A program made the position numbers and the translations under genes. Positions 15,224-24,534 of a DNA stretch of 43,564 nucleotides are shown piece by piece (the stretch's first letter is position 1; every line of letters begins with the position of its first letter). The notes below the pieces were generated by a model. It was given only the letters and a program-made list of their open reading frames with translations, was not told where the DNA came from and made no database searches. This DNA comes from a virus (lineage: Duplodnaviria > Caudoviricetes): positions 1 through 43,564 of the IMG/VR virus record IMGVR_UViG_3300043574_000003. One strand, written 5' to 3'.

Positions 15224-15720
15224 GGAGTCAGCCCGACGACTGCGGAAGCAAGCGCCCAGTTCTTCGGCCACTCGGCAGGGTGCGGCTTGCCTGGTCGCCA
15301 CGCCTTCAGGTACTGCCCCCACCCGGCGATGTCGTCCTCCGGCAGCTTCGACGGCAGCGTGTAGACCAGCAGGCGCGCGGCGGCGGCGGCCACGATGTCA
15401 TGGTAGCGCATCGCTTCCCACAGCCCGGCCGGCGTGGCCAGCACGTTGTAGGCGTCGCAAATTGCGTCCATGGGCTTCGACGCCTTGGGATGCGTCAAAA
15501 CGCCCTTGCAGCCGCCGCCCTGTTCAAACTGCCAGAACGATGCGGCCGGCCCCAGCTCGTCGCCGCCGGCCGTGACCTGGCGCCGGTGAGCCAGCCCTGA
15601 TTCCTGCAGCGCGATCGCCAGCAGGAAGCGTGCAGCCATCGGGTCGGCTGGGATGCCCAGCGTATTCAGCTCGGACAGTGCTGGGGCGATAGCGGTCTGA
15701 TACAGTCGTTGCGGTGTCAT
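15220..15720 (-). CDS. endolysin, lysozyme-like fold
   Basis: LLAIALQES catalytic-Glu motif, GPAASFWQFE, YLKAWRPGKP; central position in the lysis cassette. Confidence 0.78.
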   Translation of the reverse strand: MTPQRLYQTAIAPALSELNTLGIPADPMAARFLLAIALQESGLAHRRQVTAGGDELGPAASFWQFEQGGGCKGVLTHPKASKPMDAICDAYNVLATPAGLWEAMRYHDIVAAAAARLLVYTLPSKLPEDDIAGWGQYLKAWRPGKPHPAEWPKNWALASAVVGLTP

Positions 15721-16112
15721 GATTTTTTATCCTCGTCGCGGCGCAGTTCAACGCCCATGTTTTTCATCTTCTCGCGCAGAATCCTATTCTCCAGGCGCGC
15801 GTTTTCTTCACCGGCTCTGCGCTGTTCCGCTTCATACTGCGCAGCCTCAAGCTCAGCTTGTTTTAAAAGCGTTTCGACCTCGCGCAGCTTAGTGGTTTTG
15901 TGGTTCAGGCGGGCCAGTATCAGCACGCCAACTATGCCGGTAAGGATTCCTATCTGCGTCAGGGATTCCGAGAACCACTGAGCGAAAGAAGTAATGCTCA
16001 GCGCGATCGTATAAGCCGACGCGTATATAGTCGGCTTATCCGTCTCCGTCAGCTTCTCCGCTACTATCTGAGCAACCTGCGCGGATTCGCTCAATATGCT
16101 TGGCAGTTTCAT
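15717..16112 (-). CDS. membrane protein with coiled-coil tail (holin/antiholin candidate)
   Basis: 1-2 TM segments then a charged coiled coil; ATGA overlap with the endolysin; alternative TTG start at 16148. Confidence 0.6.
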   Translation of the reverse strand: MKLPSILSESAQVAQIVAEKLTETDKPTIYASAYTIALSITSFAQWFSESLTQIGILTGIVGVLILARLNHKTTKLREVETLLKQAELEAAQYEAEQRRAGEENARLENRILREKMKNMGVELRRDEDKKS

Positions 16113-16144
16113 CGTTTTTCTTCCGTTGGCGAGTATTCTTGATG

Positions 16145-16555
16145 TCAAGATAAATAGCGTAGAACCATAAAGAGCCGGTCCCGATAGTAATTAATGTCCA
16201 GAACATCACTGTCACCAAGGAGTATTCGGATAGTAAGTGCATAATTTAATCCCGCGATCAGACTGTTATAAAAATCTGGCGGGATTTCGGCCAATGTGAG
16301 TACCCATCCAAGGGCGTTTGTTGCGACCGAGGCAATGCAAATAGCCTCTACATCCAGTTGCAGGTGACTTGACACGAAATAGCGAACGACTCGAAACATG
16401 AACAGGTCGACCGTGGCGGCGCCGCCGTAGTACAGCAGCCAGAACAGCGGGGCATACGGCATGCCGTCTGTGGCCGTATCGAAAGCCCGGCCGGTCAGCA
16501 GGAAGGCCATGCCCAGCGCAGCGCGCATGAACAGACTGCGCCACCACGATTTCAT
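16145..16555 (-). CDS. multi-pass membrane protein (about 4 TM)
   Basis: 136-aa hydrophobic ORF, TAATG-coupled to the upstream peptide gene. Confidence 0.7.
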   Translation of the reverse strand: MKSWWRSLFMRAALGMAFLLTGRAFDTATDGMPYAPLFWLLYYGGAATVDLFMFRVVRYFVSSHLQLDVEAICIASVATNALGWVLTLAEIPPDFYNSLIAGLNYALTIRILLGDSDVLDINYYRDRLFMVLRYLS

Positions 16556-16662
16556 TATTTGGGCGCCGGCTTCTTCACCGGTTTCTTATCGCCGCTTTTG
16601 GTAGGCATCGTTGGCGGTTTTTTTGGGCCATTCCCGCCGGTGGCAAAGAGTACGGATTTCAT
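16555..16662 (-). CDS. 35-aa Lys/Pro-rich peptide
   Basis: Hand-translated MKSVLFATGGNGPKKPPTMPTKSGDKKPVKKPAPK; AAAGGA RBS; below the ORF-track size cutoff. Confidence 0.65.
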   Translation of the reverse strand: MKSVLFATGGNGPKKPPTMPTKSGDKKPVKKPAPK

Positions 16663-16687
16663 GATGTTTCCTTTCAGGGTGGGTAAA

Positions 16688-17047
16688 TCATTCCAGGGTA
16701 CCGGCCGTCACGAACAGAGCGTCCAACAGCTCGCTGTTCAGGCCGATCGCTGCGCCAATGGCGTTCACGACTGGGCTGTCACGCTGGAACGTCAGGGAAT
16801 CGTTCCATTCGATTTGCGTCAGCGTACGCTGCGGCTCCGGCAGTGCGTCTATGGCAGGCTGCACCAGATGGAACAGGCCTTCGTGCGCCAGCGCCAGGCG
16901 GGCGGCCTTGCGGCTGACCGACTTGGGAACGATAGGAACTGATGCAGTCGCACGGGCCTTATCGACTTCGGATTGTTCGGCTGGCGTGCAGGCGCGGCGC
17001 TTTTGTTTGCCTTCCTCCTCATCCCAGTAATCCACATAATCTGGCAT
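16688..17047 (-). CDS. putative tail fibre assembly chaperone
   Basis: VPKSVSRKAARLAL...QIEWNDS..F.RDSP.V...LDALF pattern, immediately after the fibre gene. Confidence 0.7.
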   Translation of the reverse strand: MPDYVDYWDEEEGKQKRRACTPAEQSEVDKARATASVPIVPKSVSRKAARLALAHEGLFHLVQPAIDALPEPQRTLTQIEWNDSLTFQRDSPVVNAIGAAIGLNSELLDALFVTAGTLE

Positions 17048-17058
17048 TGCAATCTCCT

Positions 17059-18906
17059 TTATTTCTTTATGCCATAAACACGGATGATCCCACCCGCTAC
17101 AAACGTAGCGCCACCAGTTATCGACAATCGGAATCCAGTTACTGAATTGGATGCAGAATAAGTGCTCGCGGCGTCATTGCCAATATAGGCCGGCACATTG
17201 TTTTGTGAATCTGCCTGTAGTAATACTGTTTTGCTTGTCGATGTGCCATTCGCATTCAAAATGTAGGCAATGAAATTCATTCCGCCTGTACCTGTTCCAA
17301 CGCCAACTACAGTAATGCTTGTTGTGGCTGCTGAATATCCTGGGGCGCCAAATGTGCGAGACTGATAATTGGAACCTGTATCCGCTGCTCCTGCATTTGC
17401 AAGTTGCAAAATAACGTTATTGAAACCAGTTGAACCACGAATCCCCTGACCAGTTACCATATAACTGTCATATGTAGAGTTGGCGATATTCAAAACGTCT
17501 ACATTGACGGATGCGGTTGTCGTGATTGCAGCGAGCAATACAGAACCTGGCGGAACGACATCCAAGACACCACCCGTAAATGACATCCCAGGTCCAGGGG
17601 TAATTTCCTCTATGGCGCCAGTCGCCGCCGTAGTGCGGCCTAGCAGACGCCCGGTGGCCTGCGTGAACGCACGCGTCGTGATGGCGCCAGGAGCGATGTA
17701 GTCGGTGTTGGCGGCGGCCGCCGAGGTGACGCCGGCCGTCAATTTCAGCAAGCCCGACAGCGTGGACTGCTTGATCAGTTTCCCGGTGGTGCCGTTGTAC
17801 AGCGCCAGCGCGTCGTTGACTGACGCCGCCGGCCCGATGACGTCGCCGGTGCCGGGGCCAGTCGGCCCGATGAGCGAGACGCCGCTACCCCACGCGCCGC
17901 CGGCCTTCGGACCGTAGATCAGGTAGTTGGTCGTATCGATGTAGAAGTCGCCGTTGAAGCCGAGCCCGGCCCCGGGCGTTCCGGCGCCGTTGCGCAACGT
18001 GGTGCTGGCCAGCGTATCCCAGGTGCTGGTGGCCGTGTTGTAGACCAGCATTTGCGGAAGCGTGGTGTTGAAGTACAGCGCGCCGTTCAGCAGCGGGTTG
18101 CCGTCGTTGTCTAGCGTCGGGTTGCTGGCCTTCGGCCCCAGGTATCGGTCGTCAAAGTTGTCGAGCAGGTTGGCAGCCGTGGTGGCGCTGGTGGCGGCCG
18201 CGCCGGCGCTGGTGGCGGCATTGCCGGAAGATGTGAAAGCTGCTGCGGCGCTGTCGAGTGCGGACTGGGCCTGCAGACCGGCAATGGTGGCTTGCTGGCC
18301 AGCGACTACCGCGCTTGCCTGTGCATTGGTCGCGGACGTGGCGGCCGCTGTGGCACTTCCTGCTGCTGCCGCTGCACTGGCTGCTGCCGCTGCCGCCTGG
18401 TCCTCAAACGCGGTGGACGACAGCGCTATATCGCCAGTTGGAGAAAAAATCAACGCCTTGCCGGCGCGCACGGTGGCTGTCGGCAGATCCGAAGGGACAA
18501 TCGTATCCGACACAGGAAACTTGATGGCGCGGTCGACCTTGCCGGCGCTCTCCTGCACAAACATGGTCAGCCGGTCAAGCGCGTTTTCGATCACGCTCGG
18601 ATAGAACCCGCTGCCGTTGGTAATGTCGGTCGGCTGGGTTACCGAAATGCTGCCGACGATGGTGAGCTTTTCCCCGACCGCCAATGTGCTGTAGGATACC
18701 GAGCCGCCGGGGGTGGCGTCCTGGTCTGCGTTGAGCGTGACAAAATAGGTCGAGTCGAGCACCAGCGTGGTGTCGACGCCGGCGACGCTGGTCCTGATTA
18801 CCTTCAGGTCGGCCTTGGCGAATACCTTGAAAACGAACGGGAAGGAGGTCGTGACGCCGTTCCCGACGAACGGCCCGGCTTTGCGCGTGGTGGTGGAGAT
18901 GGTCAT
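17059..18906 (-). CDS. tail fibre protein
   Basis: T7 gp17-like N-terminal anchor (GNGVTTSFPFVFKVF...ENALDRLTM), Ala-rich shaft, FDDRYLG..DNDGNPL.NGALYFNT segment, beta-rich tip. Confidence 0.9.
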   Translation of the reverse strand: MTISTTTRKAGPFVGNGVTTSFPFVFKVFAKADLKVIRTSVAGVDTTLVLDSTYFVTLNADQDATPGGSVSYSTLAVGEKLTIVGSISVTQPTDITNGSGFYPSVIENALDRLTMFVQESAGKVDRAIKFPVSDTIVPSDLPTATVRAGKALIFSPTGDIALSSTAFEDQAAAAAASAAAAAGSATAAATSATNAQASAVVAGQQATIAGLQAQSALDSAAAAFTSSGNAATSAGAAATSATTAANLLDNFDDRYLGPKASNPTLDNDGNPLLNGALYFNTTLPQMLVYNTATSTWDTLASTTLRNGAGTPGAGLGFNGDFYIDTTNYLIYGPKAGGAWGSGVSLIGPTGPGTGDVIGPAASVNDALALYNGTTGKLIKQSTLSGLLKLTAGVTSAAAANTDYIAPGAITTRAFTQATGRLLGRTTAATGAIEEITPGPGMSFTGGVLDVVPPGSVLLAAITTTASVNVDVLNIANSTYDSYMVTGQGIRGSTGFNNVILQLANAGAADTGSNYQSRTFGAPGYSAATTSITVVGVGTGTGGMNFIAYILNANGTSTSKTVLLQADSQNNVPAYIGNDAASTYSASNSVTGFRLSITGGATFVAGGIIRVYGIKK

Positions 18907-18930
18907 GGTGGCGGCCCTTTATATGCACGA

Positions 18931-18963
18931 ATTATCGTGCCGGCCGCCACCAGTATGCGCACC
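18931..18963 (-). promoter_or_regulatory. putative late promoter GGTGCGCATAC-N16-GATAAT
   Basis: One of three identical 11-mers with the same spacing to a -10-like hexamer; precedes the tail fibre gene. Confidence 0.65.
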
Positions 18964-21900
18964 TTACTTCTTCTCTTGGTACCCCAGCGCCAGCGCCGCC
19001 GGGTTGTCCGTCTTGCCATTGGCCAGCGCCTCGGCGCCGGTGATGGTGCGGTTGATCTGCGCGCCAGGAAGTCCGGTCAGGTCGCCGACGATGTTGACGG
19101 TGGCCTTGCGGAAGCCCTCGTCCAGCTCGCCCTGGCCCGCCTCCTTAGCGAACTTGGCAGCGTCGCCGACTATGCGCACGCCTGCCGGCCCCTGGTATCC
19201 GAAGGTCTGTTGCCCGGCCATGATCTTGCCGACCTCGGCAAACTCGCGCGTGATGACCATGAGGCTCATCAGATACGTCAGTTGTTCGGCAGCCAGGCGC
19301 CGCGCCAGTTTGTCCATATCGTCATCGTCGCCCGAGTCGCCCGGCGTGATGGCCTGCTTGAGCGCATACCCCAGCACCGCCGGCACGGTGTACAGCAGCA
19401 GGTAGTCGCTGGCCAGCTTGGCCTTGCTCTTGGCCGTCATGGTCTGGCCGACGCCCAGGTTGAACGCGGTGTTCATGAACGAGTAGAACACGGTGAACAG
19501 CTTGAGCGCCTGGCCGCCGCGCTCGATCGCCGCCACGTCCTTGACCTGGCCGCCGCCCTGGGCATCGATGACGGCCTGGTCGGCCATCGCCACGCTGCGC
19601 GCCTCGTCGTTACCGCCGGCAACCGCTTTGTCATAGGCGCCCGTCCAGGTCGGCACGTCGACCATCTGCTGGGCGCGCATCATCAGCACATAGGCGTGCT
19701 GCTTGATGGCATCGTCCACCGACACCTGGCCCTGCACCTTGTTGCGCAGCTCGTTCAGCTCGCGGTAGCGCGTGCGTTGGCGGTTGCGCATGAACTCCGA
19801 TTTGAAGTTGGCGTTGCGCGTGCTCTGGATTGGCGATGCGATGTACTGCATGATCCCCTTGCCGATCCAGCCCGGCCCGACGCGCACGATGGACTGAGTG
19901 ATGCCCAGCCCCTGCATTGCGGCCGACATGACGTTGTAGCCGAGACCGGCGACGCTGACGTTCTGCCGCAGCTTGCCCAGCGCGATCTCGCCGGCGTTGG
20001 CCGCGCCCTTCTCCCCCTCGGCAATGTCGTTCACCCAGGATTTGAATTGCGCCTTGACCTCTGGCCCATAGTGCTCGCGGATGGCGCGGTCGATGCTTTG
20101 CGAGCGCAGCAGGCGGTTGGTGTCGATCAGCCATTCGTGCCAGCTCAAATCGTGGATCACGTCGTTGACGCCGGAATACAGGCCGGCCAGCGAGTACAGC
20201 AGCGGCCGGCCGACGACGGCCTCGGCGCGGGTCTTGGTGAAGCTGCGGCGCGTAGTGGCGCTGGTATATGCCCCTTGAAGCTGGCGCTGGGCGCCCTCGG
20301 CGTCCAGGTGCTCCTCGGCGCGGATGCTTGCGGCCGGATCGTACTTGACTGGGTAGTAGCCGCCTTTGTACTCGCCGTGCGTGGTCTGCACCGGCGCCGG
20401 CTCCAGCCATTGCGGCGCGCGGCCGTAGACCCGCTTCTCTTTGGCCTCGATCATCGGCCGGTAGCTTTCGAAGTGGTCCCAAACAGCTTGCACGGCGTCC
20501 CATTCCTGCTTGGTCAGGCTGTCCAGGATCGGCTTGACCTGCTCCCGCGTCCACCCCTCGCCGCCCAGCAGGCGCTGGATGTTCGACTCGTTGCCGAAGT
20601 TTAGGGCGATGGCGATGCGCGATTCCCGGTTGAAGCTGCGGCCGACGCTGGGGAAGAACTGACCCTTGCCGCCCATCTTGCCCAGCTTGAACACCGGCGC
20701 CATGATGTCGGAAAGCGCCTGCGTCGCGGCGGCGCGCATCGTTACTTCGTGGTCGCCGGCCTCGTTCGCGTTGCGCACGAAGTGCTCCCACATCAGGCCG
20801 CCGTCCTTGCCGCCGTCGAGTACGCGCGCCAGAGTGGCGATTTTGAGGTGCGCAGCCCAAAACCGTTTGAGGCCAGCCACGGCGCGGCCAACGTTCGTTG
20901 TCGGCGTGCGCGTGACGGCCTGTCGGTCGCCGGCGTTCTCGTCGATCGACTTGACGAGGTCGTCCCGCACGGCTTCATACTGGCGCTGGTCCTTGGCGGT
21001 GAGCAGCCGGTTCTTCAGGCGGCCCAGGTGGTCGATCTGCTTGATGGTGTCATAGAGGCCGCGCAGCTCTTCCATCGTCATGTCTTTGTACGATTTGCGC
21101 TGCGCCTCATCCAGCAGCTCGGCCGGGATCTCCGGCTCGAAACCCTGTTCGCGCTGCGACTCGGCCCAGGCCAGCAACGACTTGCGGCGGTCGATGTTTC
21201 GCAGCGACTGGCCGGTCCGCAGGTCGAAGCGCTCTAGCAGCGCGTCGATCTGGTCGAGGTAGTCGGTAGCCAGCGCCTTGCGTGCGCCGTCGCCGCCGAA
21301 TTTCTTGAAGTAGGCGACGGCCTTGTCCACCTCGGTCAGCGCGTCGGCGGCGGCGCGCGCGGCGTAGGTCTGAATCAACTGGTTGCGCTTCTCGACGGCG
21401 GCCTGCTCGATTTCGCCTTTCTTGAAAGCGGCGTCGGCGGCCTTGGCGGCGCGCGCGGCGGCTCTGGTGTACTGCGCTGGCTTGATGTCGCGCACGCGCA
21501 GGCGGGCGATTGTGGCCTCCGCAAACGCCTTGGCGGCGCGCGGCAGTGTGGCGACGGTGAGGCGGCGCCCCTGCGCGGTGGTACGACCGCTTTCCTCCCT
21601 GGCCTTGTTGGCGCGCTCAAGTGCGGACAGCTCGGCGGCCAAGAAGCGTGTACGCGCCGCGTCGGCAAGCGCGGCCTCGGTGGCGCGGGCCAGCCGCTCG
21701 GGGTTGGTCAGGTCGCCGTAGCGTTCGAGCATAAGCTTGTCGGTGCGCTCGCGGATGGCCTCTGATGCCGTCGGCGCTGTCAGCAGCTCGCGCACCAACT
21801 GGTCGCCAGACGTGTAGCCGAACATCTCGGCCGCCATGTCGGGACTGATGCCATCGCGGCCCACCATGCGTTCGATCGGCTTCCAGTCGAGCAGCGCGTA

Positions 21901-24534
21901 TTTGTCGCCCTCTCCGCTGTATAGGTCGGCCATGCCGGCGGCGTCGAGCTTCGTCGTTTTCAGGAACTCGCGAGCCTGGTTGATCGGCTCGGCCATCACC
22001 TCTGTTTCTACCTCGGTGCGCACCACCTTGCGCTTGGTGGCGGCATCTCGCTGCAGCTCCTTAAGCTTGCGGCTCTTGGCGTTGGTCAGCCACTGCATGT
22101 CGCGCAGCGTGCGGGTCTCCAGGTCGTGCACAGCGTTCTGTGTGGCCTGCATGCCCAGGTTCTGGTAGCTGCGCCATTCGTCGTCGGACATGAATTCCGG
22201 CTTGTTCTTGAACATGCCTTCGTGGCCGCCAAGCGCCTCGGCCTCGGTGATCTGCTCATTGGTGGCCAGCATGCGGTCGAACACGGCGCGTACATCATCG
22301 GTGAGCGTGACGTTAAGTTTCGACAGCGACTGGTAGACGTTGAGCATCCAGGCGCGGAAGCGCTGGAACACGCCGGCCATCTCGACGCTCGGCGCCCGGC
22401 CTTCGAACAGGTAGGCCTCGAAGCCGCGCGCAAACTGCTCATGCTGCGCGCGCTTCTCATCGGCACTCTTGGCATTCCATTCCGCCTGATCGGCGACGCC
22501 CAACCACTTGAGCACGGCGTCCATGTCCTCGCGCACCGGCGTCGGCGCATCGGCCATGTTGGCCATGCTGTTCTGTACTTCCAGGAAGAAGTGGCCGCTT
22601 TCGTGCAAAAACGATGTCAAATCGGATTGCTGGAATAGGCTGATGACGCTGGGCGCCGACGTGATGTCGTCGGCAAAGCTGATCTGCGCGCGCGGCTGCT
22701 CGCCCTGGTTCAGGGTGTTGTCGCCGGCCACGCCCTCGGCCCGCACCTGCAGCGGGTAGCGCTGCGCCATTTCCTGCGGCGTGATGCCGAGCCGCGCGGC
22801 TTGCACGGCGTAGAAGTTGCCAACCATGCCGGCATAGGCGGCGTTGACCTCGGGCGTGAAGCGGTTGGCGGAGCTCAACTGCTCGGCGATCTGCGCGGTG
22901 ACGGCGTCGCGCGAGGCCTTGAACGCGGTGTTGCCCTGGTCGACAGACAGCGTGCGCTCGACGTCGGCCTGTAGCTGCTCGCCCTGGCTCTGCATGTAGG
23001 TCTTCGCCTCGGCCTGCGTCATAGCGCCGGGGTCGGTACGAAGGTGGGGGATCAGCGCCGGCGCGATTTCAGGCGTCGACAGGTTGGCGGCGAACTCTTC
23101 GACCGGGATCCGGATGTCGCCGCCGGTCTCCAGCGCGTCGTTGAACTGCGCGGCGATCGAGGGCGACACCTCGGCGATGGCCGCCAGGTCCAGGCCAGAC
23201 TGGTTCAGCGTTGCGGCGCTGAGATAGACGTCGGTGACAGGGCCATCCTCGGCCGCCTGCTTGACGAACTGGGCGAAGCTCTCGGTGTCGCGCCCGCGCA
23301 GCTTCGACGCCTCGGCTTGGGCGGCGATCTGCGTCAGCATCTCTGCGTTGTGGTCGGCGTCGTCGGCCATGCGCTGCTGGCGCCCGGCGCGGCCGGCGAT
23401 GGCGCTTGCGCCGCCCATGATGCCAGACTGCGTCAGCGTGGCCACCAGGGTTTGGTAGGCGGCGCCCGGCCGATCTTCCAGGAACTGGCCCCACGTTTTG
23501 TCTGGATTGGCGATCGCTGTGTCGATGGCATCCTGGGCGAATGTGGCGATCTGCTCCCCCGGTACCTCGCGCGCCAGCAGCCCGGTAATGAAATGTCCGG
23601 CGCCGGCGCGGCCGAACTGCTTAGTCAGAAATGACATCGGCAACAACTCGGTACCCACCTCGACCGCACCCTCGCCGGCGGCGCCGACCAGTGCCTCGCC
23701 TGCAGTGGCGCCACGGCCGCGATACTTGCCGTAGGCCTCGGCCTCGGTCTGTGCGCCGGCGGCGGCCAGCGTCGGCGCCGCGCTGCGCGTCAGGATCGAT
23801 GCAGCCAGTCCCGGCGCCATGCGCAATATCGATTCGCCGCCGCCGTACACGGCCTGCGCGGTGCTCGATTCGAAGGCCGGCCGGTTGACGTCGGCCTCCA
23901 GGCTGGCCTGGCTGTACTGCCGCTGGGCGTCGGCGCGCACGGCGTCGGAGCCGAATAGGTCGGCGAGCTGCATGCGCACGCCCTCGCGCGCCATGCGGGC
24001 GCCGGTACCGAAGGAACCCAGCAGGCCGCTGACCACCGACGAGAAACTGGCGTCGGGGCCGCGCACTTGGCCGATGAAGCTTTCCACGCCGGACAGCGCC
24101 TGCGTGTCGTCATGCGCCATGCGGGCGAACTGCGGAACGCCGAGCGCGGCGGCCAGGCGCGGGGAGCTGGTGAGTAACTGGTCGTATTCGTTCAGGTCGG
24201 CATTGCGCTTGGCCTCCGGGTAGTTGCGCTCGGCCACGTCGGGCGGGATGCCAGTCTTACGGCTGAGCTGCGTGGCGCGCGCGGCGACGTCCGGGTTCGC
24301 CATCAGGGAATCGTAGAGCGAGGTGCGCAGTTGCGTGCGCTGGCCGTCGACCACGGCGCCGGCGGCGGCGTCAAATGCGGCGGGTTCCCGCACCTGGCGT
24401 ACTTGGCGCGCCGGCGCGGCCGACTCAAACGGGTTTGCCACGGGCTGAGCTGCCGCCGGAGCCGGGCCAGGCGCACTCATGGAGCCGGCCACTTGCGCGG
24501 CGGCGCCGTCGATATCGCTGTCGTTGATAATCAT
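18964..24534 (-). CDS. large internal virion (DNA ejection) protein
   Basis: 1856-aa Ala-rich helical ORF in the T7 gp16-equivalent position; contains LHESGH and HEQFARGFEAYL segments. Confidence 0.8.
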   Translation of the reverse strand: MIINDSDIDGAAAQVAGSMSAPGPAPAAAQPVANPFESAAPARQVRQVREPAAFDAAAGAVVDGQRTQLRTSLYDSLMANPDVAARATQLSRKTGIPPDVAERNYPEAKRNADLNEYDQLLTSSPRLAAALGVPQFARMAHDDTQALSGVESFIGQVRGPDASFSSVVSGLLGSFGTGARMAREGVRMQLADLFGSDAVRADAQRQYSQASLEADVNRPAFESSTAQAVYGGGESILRMAPGLAASILTRSAAPTLAAAGAQTEAEAYGKYRGRGATAGEALVGAAGEGAVEVGTELLPMSFLTKQFGRAGAGHFITGLLAREVPGEQIATFAQDAIDTAIANPDKTWGQFLEDRPGAAYQTLVATLTQSGIMGGASAIAGRAGRQQRMADDADHNAEMLTQIAAQAEASKLRGRDTESFAQFVKQAAEDGPVTDVYLSAATLNQSGLDLAAIAEVSPSIAAQFNDALETGGDIRIPVEEFAANLSTPEIAPALIPHLRTDPGAMTQAEAKTYMQSQGEQLQADVERTLSVDQGNTAFKASRDAVTAQIAEQLSSANRFTPEVNAAYAGMVGNFYAVQAARLGITPQEMAQRYPLQVRAEGVAGDNTLNQGEQPRAQISFADDITSAPSVISLFQQSDLTSFLHESGHFFLEVQNSMANMADAPTPVREDMDAVLKWLGVADQAEWNAKSADEKRAQHEQFARGFEAYLFEGRAPSVEMAGVFQRFRAWMLNVYQSLSKLNVTLTDDVRAVFDRMLATNEQITEAEALGGHEGMFKNKPEFMSDDEWRSYQNLGMQATQNAVHDLETRTLRDMQWLTNAKSRKLKELQRDAATKRKVVRTEVETEVMAEPINQAREFLKTTKLDAAGMADLYSGEGDKYALLDWKPIERMVGRDGISPDMAAEMFGYTSGDQLVRELLTAPTASEAIRERTDKLMLERYGDLTNPERLARATEAALADAARTRFLAAELSALERANKAREESGRTTAQGRRLTVATLPRAAKAFAEATIARLRVRDIKPAQYTRAAARAAKAADAAFKKGEIEQAAVEKRNQLIQTYAARAAADALTEVDKAVAYFKKFGGDGARKALATDYLDQIDALLERFDLRTGQSLRNIDRRKSLLAWAESQREQGFEPEIPAELLDEAQRKSYKDMTMEELRGLYDTIKQIDHLGRLKNRLLTAKDQRQYEAVRDDLVKSIDENAGDRQAVTRTPTTNVGRAVAGLKRFWAAHLKIATLARVLDGGKDGGLMWEHFVRNANEAGDHEVTMRAAATQALSDIMAPVFKLGKMGGKGQFFPSVGRSFNRESRIAIALNFGNESNIQRLLGGEGWTREQVKPILDSLTKQEWDAVQAVWDHFESYRPMIEAKEKRVYGRAPQWLEPAPVQTTHGEYKGGYYPVKYDPAASIRAEEHLDAEGAQRQLQGAYTSATTRRSFTKTRAEAVVGRPLLYSLAGLYSGVNDVIHDLSWHEWLIDTNRLLRSQSIDRAIREHYGPEVKAQFKSWVNDIAEGEKGAANAGEIALGKLRQNVSVAGLGYNVMSAAMQGLGITQSIVRVGPGWIGKGIMQYIASPIQSTRNANFKSEFMRNRQRTRYRELNELRNKVQGQVSVDDAIKQHAYVLMMRAQQMVDVPTWTGAYDKAVAGGNDEARSVAMADQAVIDAQGGGQVKDVAAIERGGQALKLFTVFYSFMNTAFNLGVGQTMTAKSKAKLASDYLLLYTVPAVLGYALKQAITPGDSGDDDDMDKLARRLAAEQLTYLMSLMVITREFAEVGKIMAGQQTFGYQGPAGVRIVGDAAKFAKEAGQGELDEGFRKATVNIVGDLTGLPGAQINRTITGAEALANGKTDNPAALALGYQEKK

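Noticed and set aside
16688-18906. BPP-1-type diversity-generating retroelement
   Set aside because: No reverse transcriptase motif, no Avd-like gene and no template/variable repeat pair seen near the fibre gene.
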